Positions 17,701 through 29,700 of a stretch of DNA of 64,000 bases are shown one piece after another. Made by a program: the position numbers and the translations under genes. The notes under the pieces are model-generated. The model ran no database searches. It was not told where the DNA came from and saw nothing but the letters and a program-made list of their open reading frames with translations. Origin of the DNA: Verrucomicrobiota bacterium (GTDB lineage: Bacteria > Verrucomicrobiota > Verrucomicrobiia > Opitutales > UBA953); NCBI GenBank assembly GCA_041191065.1, contig JBEEPO010000003.1, positions 51,946 to 115,945 on the forward strand. The letters are read 5' to 3'. How positions within the stretch are numbered: position 1 is the first letter of the stretch; each line of letters begins with the position of its first letter.

Positions 17701-20700
17701 AAAGCGAAGGAGGTGGCCGTGAGCGTGCCGTTGGCGATGGCGCCCCCGGTGAGCGTCACCACGCCGACCGCCTCGGCAAGGGTGCCGAGGTCGAACGCGC
17801 CGCCATTGACGGTCAAGGCACCGGCATCGGCCAGGTGGTCGCCGGCGCCGGAGAGCAGGAGGGTGCCGGCGTCGACGGTGGTGCCGCCGGCATGGGTGGT
17901 CAGCGAGGTCAGCGTGAGCGTGCCGCCACCTGCTTTGACGAGCGAACCGGCGCCGCCGAGCGCGCCGCCGAGCGTGTACGAAGAAGTGCCGGTCGTGAGG
18001 ATGCCTCCAAGGGTGATCGTGCCGGCGTTCGCGATGCCTTCGAGGGCTTCGTCGCCGCCCAGGGCGAGCGTGGCGCCGGCGGAGACGTTGACGGAAGCGG
18101 TCGCCGTCAGGGTCGAGTTGCCGACCGTGGCGAGGGTGCCGGCCGTGACGGAGGTGGCGCCCGCGTAGGTGTTCGGGCCCGAGAGCGTGAGCTTACCGTC
18201 GCCGGCCTTGGTCAGGCCGCCGTTGAAGACCATGCCGGCGAGCGTGACGTCCGAAACCGTGGTGAGCGTGCGCTCGCCGCCGCCGAGGTCGAGGGAGCCC
18301 CCGAAGGTCAGCGCGCCGTCGAGGGTCGCGTCACCGAGGGTGACGTCGGTGTTCGCGACGAGATCGTTGGCGAGGGAGCGCGCGGCGGAGCCGTCGCTCG
18401 AGAGCGTGCCGCCGTTGAGGGTGAGCGTGCCGTCCCCGAAGGCGGTGTCGCTGCCCGCCCGGAGCGCGCCGGCGTTCAAGGTGAGGCCGCCCGAGAAACC
18501 GTTGGTGCCCGAGAGCGTGAGCGCGCCGGCGCCGTCCTTGACCAGGCTGCCGTTGGCGACCGTGTTCGTGAAGGCGACGTCGGCCACGGTCGTGACCGTG
18601 CGGGTCGCCCCGCCGAGGTCGGTCGCGCCCGTGAAGGTGAGCGCGGCGTCGTCCGCGACGCTGCCGAAGGCGAAGTCGCCGCCGAAACGGACCGTGTTGC
18701 CGAAGGTGAGGGCCGCCGAGCCGATGCCGGTGAGGCTGCCTCCCAGGAGGCGGAGCTGGCCGCTCGGTCCGAAGGCGGCGGCGTCGCCGACGCGCAGCAC
18801 GCCCGCGTTGATGGAAGTGTATCCCGTGTAAGTATTGGCTCCGGCCATCGTCACGGTGCCCGCGGTCGTCTTGAGGACGTTGGCCGCGCCGTCGATGACG
18901 GTGCTGGCCGTCCCGGACTGCAGCTCGTAATTGGCGCTCGTCAGCGTGCCGTTGATGATGCTGCCGCCGGCGAGCGTGATGGTGCCGACCGTGTCGTCGA
19001 AGCCGTTGAGGTCGAGGGTGCCCCCCGCGTTGATGGTGACCGTGCTCTCGTCGTCGAGCAGGTCGGCGCCGGCGTAGAGGATCGTGCCTCCGTTGATGAT
19101 CGTGGAGCCCTTGTAGGTGAAGACGCCGGTCGCGGAGAGCGTCAGCGTGCCGGCGCCTTCCTTGAGGAGGTTGCCAAGGCCGGAGACGGCGCCGCCGAGG
19201 GTATAATCGGTCGCCCCGGTCGTGAGGGTGGTGCTCGCGAGCGCCAGGGTGACCGTGCCGGCGTTGTGGAGGGTGTTCAGCGTCTCGTCGCCGCCGAGGG
19301 CGAGCGTGGCGCCGGACGCGACCGTCAGCCCGGAAGTGCTGGCGAGGCGGCCGTCGCCGACCGTGGCGAGCGTGCCGGCGTTGACGGAAGTGGTGCCGGC
19401 GTAGGTATTGGCGCCCGAGAGGGTCAGGGTGCCGGCGCCGGTCTTGACCAGGTTGCCGTCGGCGACCGTGTTGGCGAAGGTGACGTCGGCGACCGTTTCG
19501 ATCACGAAGGAGCCCGCGCCGAGGTCGATCTGCCCGTTGAAGGTGAGGGTGCCGAGATTGAGCGCATCGCCGAAGGTGATGTCGCCGTTGATGTCGACGT
19601 CGTTGGCGAAGGTGCGGGCAGCGGAGCCGACGCTGGTGAGCGTCGGGTCGTTGACGCAGAGCGTGCCAGTGCCGAAGGCGGTGTCGCTGCCGGCGCGGAT
19701 GGTGCCCGCATCGAGGATGAGGCCGCCGCCGAAGGTGTTGTTGCCCGAGAGGATGACGACGCCGGCGGTGGTCTTGCGGGCGGAGACGCCGGCGCCCGCG
19801 AGGTCGGCCAGGAAGGAGCCCGACTGCAGTTCGTAGCTGCTGGCGACCAGGTTGCCATCGGTGACCGTGCCGCTTTCGAGGACGAACGCACCGACCGTCT
19901 CGGTGTGGCCGCCGAGGTCGAAGGTGCCGCCGGCGACGGTGAGCGCGCCGGTGTCGGCGAGCCGTTCGGCAGCGGCGAGGCGCAGCGTCCCGGCCGAGAC
20001 CGTCGTGCCGCCGATGTGATCGGCGGCCAGGGCGAGGGTCAGGGTGCCGGCGCCGGCCTTGTTGAGTGAGCCGGTGCCGTCGAGCACGCCGCCGAGCGTA
20101 TAATCGGAAGCCCCGGTCGTCAGGATGCCGCCGATCGTGACCGTGCCGCTGTTGAGCAGGACGTCGATCGTCTCGTCGCCGCCGAGTGACAGGGCCGCGC
20201 CGGCGGCGACGGTGACGCCGGAGGAGGCGGACAAGCGGTGGTTGCCGACGGTCACGAGCGAACCATCATTGATCGTCACCCCGCCCGCGAAGGTGCTGGC
20301 GCCGGCGAGGGTCAGCGAGCCGGCGCCCTCCTTCGTCAGGTCGCCGGATCCCGTGAACTCGCCGGTGAAGGACGTGTCGGCATCGGTGGTGAGGGTGCGG
20401 TCGGACGAGCCCACGGAAAGCGCGCCGAAGGAGAGGGCGCCGAGGTTGCCGGTCGCGCCGAAGGTGAGGTCTCCGCCGAGGACGACCGCGTTGCCGAAGA
20501 TGCGGGCGGCCGAGCCGACCGCCGAGATCACGCCTGCGTTGAGGGTGACCGTCCCCGTGCCGAAGGAGGTATCCGTGCCGGCGAAGACCGTGCCGGCATC
20601 CAGGGTGAATCCGCCGGTGAAGGTGTTGGCCGCGGAAAGCGTGAGGGTGCCGGCTCCGTCCTTGGTCAGGCCCCCGTTGGTGCCCGCGACGACGCCGGCG

Positions 20701-23700
20701 AAGGTGACGTCGGCGACCGTGGTCACCGCACGGACGGCGCCGCCGAGGGCGACCGCGCCGCCGAAGGCGAGCGCTCCGTCGTTCGTGGCGTCGCCGAGCG
20801 TGACCGCGCCGCCCAACGTCAGGTCGTTGGCGAAGGCGCGGGCGACGGAGCCGATGCTGGCGAGCTTGCCGCCGTCCAGCGTGATGGTCCCCGTGCCGAG
20901 GGCGGCGTCGTCGCCCGCGAGGAGGGTGCCCGCCGCAAGCGTGGTGCCGGCGCCGAAAGTGTTGGCACCCGTAAGCGTGAGGACTCCGCCGGAGTCCTTG
21001 ATCAGGGAGCCGTCGACGCCCGAGATCGAGCCTCCGAACGTGCCGGCCGATACCGTCAGGGCCGTCGTGCCGAGGGCGACCGTGCCGCCGTCAAGCGTGG
21101 CGACCGAGGAGGTGGTGCCATTCAGGTTCGCCGCGCCCGAGGTGAGCGTACCGATCGTGGCGACCCCTCCGACCGTGAGCGTGCCGCCGTTGAGGCTCGT
21201 CACGCCGGCGGCGCCCGTGACGGAAGTGGTGCCGCCGGTGACGGACGCGGAGGCGAGGGAGCCCGCGGCGACCGTGCCGCCGGAGATGTCGGCGGTGAGC
21301 AGGCCGACGACCTCGACGGTCCCGACGGAGACGCCGGCGCTGATCGTGGCGGCGCTGCCGAAGCGGGTGGACCCGGTGCCGGCGAGGGAGGCCAGGGTGA
21401 TGGTGTCCGTGGTCCCGGTGAAGTCCAGGCTGCCGGACGTCAGGTTCGCGTTGGTGACCGCCCCGGAGAGGGTCAGGCCGGTGCCCGAAATCACGGCGGA
21501 GCCCATGGCCCCCACGTCCAAGGTCGCGGCAGCGTTGTAATCGAAGGCCGTGAGCACGCCGCCGTCGACGACGATGCCGGAGGTGCCGGCAAGGGAGCCG
21601 GCGCCGGTGACGAGCGTGCCGGCTGACACCGTGGTCGTGCCGCCGTAGGTGTTGGCCCCGGAAAGGGTCAGGGTGCCGGCACCGGTCTTGACCAAGGATC
21701 CGTCGGCGCCGGAGATGACGCCGGCGCTCGTGCCGGCCGAGACGGTGAGGACCGTCGCGCCGAGGGCGACGGTGCCGCCATCGAGGTTCGTCACGGAAGC
21801 CGTCGCGCCGTTGAGGTTGGCCGTCCCCGCGGTCAGCGTCGTGATCGTCGTGGCGCCGCCCACGGTGAGCGTGCCCAGATTGAAGGAAGTGACGGTCGCG
21901 TCGCCGGCGATCGTCGTCGCGCCGCCGGTGACCGAAGCGGAACTGAGCGTAGCGGCGGAGACCGTGCCGCCTGAGATCGCGGAGGTCAGCAGGCCCGTGA
22001 CGACGACCGTGCCGCCGGAGATGCCGCCGGTGGTGGCCGCATCGCTGGCGAAGGAGGTATGGCCGCCGCCGCCGAGCGAGCCGATCGTGACCGTGCCCGT
22101 CACGCCCGTGAACTCCAAGGCGCCGACGGCGGTGTTGGCGTTGGTGACCGCCCCGAGGAAAAGGTCCGTGGCGGAGAACGTGGCGAAGCCCGTTCCGTCG
22201 AGCGCCAGGGTCGCGGTGGCATTGGCGTCGACCGCGGTGAGGGTGGCGTCGTTGACGGCGATGCCGGAGGTGCCGCCGAGGGCCCCCGCATCCGTGACGA
22301 GCGTACCGGCCGATACCGTGGTCGTGCCGGAGTAGGTGTTCGCGCCCGAGATCGTGACGGTGCCGGCGGTCGTCTTATCAAGAGAGGCCGTACCGGCGAG
22401 GTCGGCCGAGACCGTGCCGGCCTGGAGCGCGAAGGTGTCGGCCGCGTTGACCGTCAGCGTGCCGTTTTCGATCGTGCCTCCCGTCAAGGTGACCGTACCG
22501 ACCGTATCGGCGAAGCCCCCGAGGTCGAAGGCGCCGCCGTTGACCGTGACCGCGCCGGTGTCGGCGAGGCGGCTGTTCGCGCCGAGCAGGAGTTTGCCGG
22601 CATTGACGGTGGTGCCGCCCGTGTAGCTGAAGGTGCCGGCGGCGTCGAGGGTCAGGAGGCCGGCGCCGGACTTGATCAGCGAGCCCAGGCCGGAGACCGT
22701 GCCGCCGAGCGCGTAATCCGAGGCTCCGGTGGTCAGGACCGAGCCGGCTGCCGCGAGATCCACCTCGCCGGCGTTGTTCAGGGTGTTGATCGTCTCCGCG
22801 CCGCCGAGGCGGAGCGTCGCGCCGGCGAGGGTCGTGACGCCCGAGGTGGTCGCCAGTCGGGCGTCGCCCGACGTGGCGAGCGTGCCGGCGTTGACGGTGG
22901 TCGCGTCGGCGAAGGTGTTCGCGCCGGAAAGGGTGAGGGTGGCGGAACCTTCCTTGATGAGCCCGCCGTTGGAGACCACGCCCGAGAACGTGACCGCCGA
23001 ATCCGTCGTGAACGTGCGGCCGATGCCGCCGAGGTCGATGCCGGTCGTGAACGTGAGGGCGCCGGTGTTGACCGCGTCGCCCAGGGTGACGTCGCCGCCC
23101 AGCGTGACCGCGTTGGCGAGCGTGTAGGCGGTCGTGCTGCTGCTCGAGAGCTTGCCGGAAGCGAGGATCAGCGTGCCCGTGCCGAGGGCGGAGTTATTGC
23201 CGACCTGGAGCACGCCGCCGTTGAGGTCGAGTCCGCCCGAGAAGGTGTTGGCCCCGGAAAGCGTGACCGTGCCCGCGGTGGACTTCACCGCGGCGATTCC
23301 CGTGCCGCCCAAGATGGCCGAGGCCGAACCTGACTGCAGGTCGTAGGCTGAGCCGGTGAGCACGCCGCTCGTGCCCGTGATGGCGCCGCCGGACAGCTGC
23401 ACCAGTCCGACCGAGTCGCTGAAGGTGGCGATGTCCAGGGTGCCGCCGGTGGCGACGGTGACGAAGCCGGTGTCGTCCAGGGTGTTGCTGGCGCCGAAGC
23501 GGACCGTGCCGGCGTCGATCGTCGTGCCGCCCGAGTAGGTGTTGCCGTTCGTGAACGTCAGCACGCCGGCGCCGGTCTTGAGCAGCTGGCCGTTCGAGAC
23601 GACGCCGGAGAAGGTGACGGCGGAGTCGATCTGGGCCGTGCGGTTCGAGCCGCCGAGGTCCAGGTCGCCGAGGAAAGTGAGGGCGCCGTTCCTCACCGCG

Positions 23701-26700
23701 TCGCCGAGGACGATGTCTCCGGTGATCGAGAGCGCGTTGCCGAAGGTGCGGGCCGTCGCGCCGTCGCTGGACAGGACGCCACCGGTGATGGTGAGCGTTC
23801 CTGTGCCGAAAGCCGAATTGCTCGCGGCGTAGAGGTTGCCGGATTTGAGCGTGAATCCGCCCGCGTAGGCGTTGGTCGCCGCGCTGCCGATCGTCAGGGA
23901 GGAGGTGCCGTCCTTGACGATCGAGCCTGCGCCGTTGGTCAGGCCGGCGAGCGTCATCGCGACGTCGTTCGTGCCGAGGGTCAGGACGACGCCGGCGCCG
24001 TCGAGGGTCAGCGTGCCGCTGTTGGCGATCGAATTCAGCGTCTCGTTGCCCTGCAGCCTGATGGTCGCGCCGGAGGAGATGCTGATGCCGGAGGTGTTCG
24101 CCAGGATGCCGGCTCCGGAGGTCACGAGCGTGCCGGCGGTGACCGTGGTCAGGCCGGCGTAGGTGTTAAGGACGGACAGCGTCAGGGTGCCGGTGCCGGC
24201 CTTGGTCAGAGCGCCGTTCGAGATGACGCCGCTCATCACCACGTCTGAGGCCGTCGTGAGAGTCCGGGTCGCCGCGCCGAGGTCGGCCGTTCCGGTGAAG
24301 GTCAGTACGCCGGTATTGGCCGCGTCGCCCAACGTGACATCACCGCCGAAGGAGAGATCGTTGGCGATCGTGCGGGCGCCGCCGGCGGCGATGGTCGCGT
24401 CGCTGGCGAGCGTGCCGCCGTTGAGCGCGACGCCGTTGGCGCCGAGGGCCGTGTCCGATCCGATGAGCACCGTGCCGGTCGTCAGCGTGAAGCCGCCGCT
24501 GAAACCGTTGTTGCCGGTGAGGGTGACGATGCCGGCCGTGGTCTTGATGGCCGCGGCCGTACCGTCGAGGTCGACGGCCGCGGAGCCAGCCCGCAGGTCG
24601 ATGGTGTCGGTCGAGTTGACGGTCAGGGCGCCGGTGCCGGTGATGGCGCCGCCCGAGAGGGTGAGCTTGCCGATCGTGTCGGTGAAGGCGCCGACGCCGA
24701 AGGTGCCGCCGGAAACCGTGACCGCTCCGACCAGTTGGTCGTCGGCGGCGTAGGCGAGGATGCCGGCGGAGACGGTCGTCAGCCCGGCATAAGAGAAGGT
24801 GCCGGCGGCATCCAGCGTCACCGTGCCGGCGCCCGCCTTGGTCAGGTTGCCGGCGCCGTTGACGGCGCCGGAGAGGGAAAGCGTGTTGACACCCGTGGTG
24901 AGGGTGACCGCGGCTCCGTCGAGGACGATGGTGCTGGAGGCCGTCGTCGTGAGGGCGTTGATCGTCTCGCTGCCGCCGAGCCGGAGGGTGGCGCCGTCGG
25001 CGACGGATACGCCCGAAGTGTTGGCCAGCCGGTTGGACGCGGTGGTGACGAGCGTGCCGGCGGAGACGGTCGTCGCGCCGGTGTAGGTGTTGGCGCCGCC
25101 GAGGGTGAGCGTGCCGAGGCCTTGCTTGTCGAAGCCGCCGAGGGCTCCGCCGATGATGCCGTTGAAGGTGACCGCGGAGTCGACGGTCAGCGTGCGGACC
25201 GCGGCGCCGAGGCCGACCGTGCCGGAGAAGGTGAGGGCGCCGTCGTCGGTAGCCCCGCCGAGGGCGATGTTGCCCGAGATCGTGAGGGCGTTGGCCAGCG
25301 TCCGCGCGGTGGTGCCGTCCGACGAGAAGGTGCCGCCGGCGAGGTCGATCGTGCCGGTGCCGAAGGCCGTGGCGCCGCCCGCGCGGAGGACGCCTGCGTT
25401 CAGGGTGGTGCCGCCCGAGTAAGAGTTGGCGCCGGTGACGGTGAGGATGCCCGTGCCGGATTTCACCAGGGAGCCGGTGCCGGCGAGGGCGCCCCCGATC
25501 GTGCCATCGGCGTCGGCGGTGCCGGTCGTGAGGGCGCCGTTCGTCGTGATCGTGCCGCTGTTCGAGATCGTGTTGAGCGTCTCGTTGCCGCCGAGCGTCA
25601 GGAAGGCGCCGGAGGCGACCGTCACCGAGGCGCTCGAGGTCAGGACGGCGTTACCCGTGGTCGACAGCGTACCCTCCGAGACCGTGGTGGTGCCCGTGAA
25701 GTCGTTGGCGCCGGAAAGGGAGACCGTGCCGCCGGTGGTCTTGGTCAGGTTGCCCGAGCCCGAGAGCTTGGCCGAGACCGTGCCGGCCTGGAAGGCGTAG
25801 GCCGAGCCGGTCAGGGTGCCGTTGGAGATCGTGCCGGAGGTCAGCGAGACGTTGCCGACGGTGTCGGCGAAGCCGCCGAGGTTGAACGTGCCGCCGTTGA
25901 CCGTGAGGTCGCTGCCGTCCGCGATGACGTTGTTCGCGCCGAGCTGCAGGATGCCGGCGGTGACGGTCGTCGTGCCCGCGTAGGTGTTGGTCCCGGAGAG
26001 GATGACCGTGCCGGCGCCCGTCTTGGTGAGGCCGACCGCGCCCGTGGCGCCCGCGAGGATGGCCGAGACCGAGCCGGCCCGGACGTCGTAGGTGGCGGAA
26101 CTGGTCAGCACGCCGCCGGTCCCGGTGATGGAACCCGCCGTAAGCTGGACGGAGGCGACGGTGTCGCTGAAGGAGCCGATCGCGAAGGCGCCGCCGTTGA
26201 CGACGACCGGTCCGACCAGCTGATCATCGGCGGCGTAGGCGAGCGTGCCGTTCGAGATCGTGGTCGTGCCCGCGTAGTCGAAGAGACCGGCGGCATCCAG
26301 GGTCAGCGTCCCCGCGCTGTTCTTGGTCAGGTTGCCCGTGCCCGTCACGACGCCCTTGAGCGAGGTGACGCCGGAGCCGAGCGACAGGACGACGCCGGGT
26401 CCGTTCAGGTTGACCGTGCTGCCCGTGACAAGGCTGGCGGTGTTGACCGTCGTGAGCGCGTTGAGCGTCTCGTTGGCGCCGAGGGTGAGCGTGGCGCCCG
26501 CCGCGACGGAGACGCCGGAGGTCGTGGTGAAGCGGCCGGCCGTGGTCGTCGCGAGGGTGCCTTCGCTGACGGTCGTCGCGCCGGTGAAAGCATTGGCCGA
26601 GGCGCCGCCGAGCGTGAGGGTCCCCGCGCCGAGCTTGGTGATGCCGCCGTTGGCGCCCGAGATCACGCCGTTCATCGTCACGTTGACGCCGGAGCTGACC

Positions 26701-29700
26701 GTGAGGGAGCGGACCGAGGCGCCGAGGCCGACCGTGCCGTTGAGCGTCAGGTTGCCTACGTTGACGCCGTCGCCCAACGCGAGGTTTCCGGCGATGGTCG
26801 TGTTGTTCGCCAGCGTGTAGGCAGTGGCGGAAGCACTCGACAACGTGCCGCCGTTGAGGGTGAGGGCGCCCGTGCCGAAGGCGCTGTTGTTGCCGGCGTA
26901 GAGCGTGGCGCCGGCCGCGAGGGTCGTGCCCCCGGTGTAAGTGTTGACGCCGGAGAGCCTGAGGGAGCCGGCGTTGACCGTGACGGAGCCGCCCGTGCCC
27001 GTGCCGACGATGCCGCCTAACACCAGCGCGCCGGTCCCGGCCTTCGTGATGCCCAGGCCCGTGCCGCTGACCGCGCCGTTGAGCGTGAGCGTGCTGCCGT
27101 TCACCGTGATCGTCCGGCTGGCGCCGCCGAGGTTGATCGCCCCGCTGTTCTGGGTGAGGTTGGCCGTGCCCGTGAACACCAGGTTGGCGCCGAAAGTGAT
27201 CGCGTTGGTGATCGTGGCGTTGACGGAGGCGTCCAGGATGCCGCCGGTGAGTCCGAGGGTGCCGGCGGTGGAGCCGCTGCCGCCGAAGGCGAAGGTCGCC
27301 GAACCCGCGACGAGCGTGCCCGCGGAAAGGGTCGTGTTGCCGGTGTAGGTGTTGATGCCCGCGAGCTCAAGGGTGCCGGCGCCGGCCTTGGTGATGCCGA
27401 ACGTGGCGCCACCGACGACGCCGCCGAGGGAGAGCCTGCTGCCGCCGACCGTGATCGTACGGTTGGCGCCGAGCGTGATGGCTCCGGTGGTCTGGGTCAG
27501 GTTGGCCGAGCCGGTGAAGGTGAAGTCCGCGCCCAGCGTGATCGCGTTGGCGATCGTGGCGTTGACGGAAGCGTCCACCGAGCCGCCGTTGATCGTGAAA
27601 GTTCCGGCCGTACCGCCGCTGCCGCCGAGGGCGTGCGTGGCGGAGGCGAGGACGAGCGGACCCTGGGTCAGGGTCGTGCCGCCGGTGTAGGTGTTGGCGC
27701 CGGCCAGGATCAGCGTGCCGACGCCTTGTTTGGCGATGCCGACGCCGGCGTCGCCGCCGATGACGCCTCCCAGCGTGACGGTGCTGCCGCTGATCTGGAG
27801 CGTGCGGTTGGCCGCACCGAGCGTGATCGCGCCGGTATTCTGGGTCAGGCTGGCCGTGCCGGCATAGAGCAGGTTGCCGCCTAGGTTCACCGCGTTGGTG
27901 ATCGTGGCGGCGACGGTGGCGTCGAGGGTGCCGCCGTTGACGAACAGCGTACCCGCGGCGCCGCCGCTGCCGCCGAAGGCATAGGTCGCGGAGCCGGCGA
28001 TGAGCGTGCCCGCAGTGAGGGTGGTGTCGCCGGTGTAGGTATTTACGCCGGCGAGCCTGAGGGTGCCCGCGCTGACGCTCACGCCGCCCGTGCCCGTGCC
28101 GACGACGCCCAGGAGGTGGAGGCCGCCGGTGCCGGTCTTGGTGAGGCTGAAGGTGTCGCCCGAGACGTCTCCACCCAGGGTCACGGCCGCCGTGCTGCCG
28201 ACGGAGACGGAGCGCGAGCCGGTCAGCGTGATCGCGCCGGTGTTCTGCGTCAGGTTGCCGGAGCCCGTGAAGTTGAGGTCGGCCGCCAGCGTCACCGCGT
28301 TGGTGATCGTCGCGCCGCCGGAGGCGGCGTCGAGGACGCCGCCGTTGACGGTGAAGAGGCCGGCCGTGGAGCCGGAGCCGCCGAGGGCGAAGAAGGAGGA
28401 GGCCAGGACGAGCGTGCCGGCGTCGAGGTTCGTCGCGCCGGAGTAGGTGTTGGCCGCGGTGACCCTGAGCGTGCCCGCGCCGGCCTTCGTGAAGCCCGCG
28501 CCGCTGCCGCCGATGACGCCGCCCAAGGTCAGCGTGCTGCCGTTGACGGTGATGACGCGGTCCGCGCCGAGGGCGATCGCGCCGGTGCCCTGGGTCAGGT
28601 TGGCCGTGCCGGCGAAGGTGAGGTCCGCCCCGAGCGCGATGGCGTTGGTGATCGTGACCGCCGGCGAAGCGTCCACGACGCCGCCGTCGACCGTGAAGGT
28701 GCCCGTGCCGAGGGCGGCGTTGTTCGCGAGCACCAGGGTGCCGGCCGAGAGGGTGAGCCCGCCGCCGAAGGTGTTGGCGCCGCCCAGGATGAGCTTGCCC
28801 GCCCCGGACTTCGTGACGCCGAAGCCGGCGCCGGAGACGAGGCCGTTGAGCGTCAGGGTGTTCGCGGCGACGTTGATCGCGCGTGAACCCGTCAGGGTGA
28901 TGGCGCCGGTGTTCTGCGTCAGGTTGGCCGTGCCGACGAAATCGAGGGTCGCGCCGAGCGAGATCGCGTTGGTGATCGTGGCGGCGACGGAGGCGTCGAG
29001 CGAGCCGCCGTTGATCGTCAGGAGGCCGGCCGTGCCGCCCGCGCCGCCGAAGGCGAAGGTGGCGGAGCCGGCGACGAGCGTGCCGGCGTTCAGCGTGGTT
29101 CCGCCGAGGTAGGTGTTGATCGCCCCCAGGGTCAGCGAGGAGGCGCCGTCCTTGACGAAGCCGCCGTTGCTGAGGATGCCGTTGAAGGTGGCGGGCGAAT
29201 AGGTCGTGATGGTCCAGGCGGCCGCGCCGAGGTCGACGGATCCGTTGAAAGTCAGCGCTCCGGTGTTGACCAAGTCGCCCAGGAAGAGCTCGCCGTTGAT
29301 GAGGACCTCGTTGGCGAAGGTCCGGGCGGCCGTCGAATCGCTGGCGATCGTCGGATCGTTGATGCAGATCTGGCCGGCGCCGAAGGCGGTGTCGGAGCCC
29401 GCATAGATCGTGCCCTCGTTGAGGATGAACTTGCCCGTGAACGAGTTGTTGCCCGTGAGGGTCACGATGCCGGCGGTCGACTTGGTGGCGATGGCGCCCG
29501 CGCCCGCGAGGTTGGCGGTGATGACGCCGGCCTGGAGGTCGTATGCCGTCGCCGTGAGCACGCCCGTCGTGCCGGTGATGGTGCCGCCGGTGAGCTTGAC
29601 GGCACCGACCGTATCCGAGAAGGTAGAGAGGCGGAGTTCGCCGCCGTTCACCGTGACCGGGGCCGCGTTCGCCAGATGGTTGCTGGCGGCGAAGACGAGC

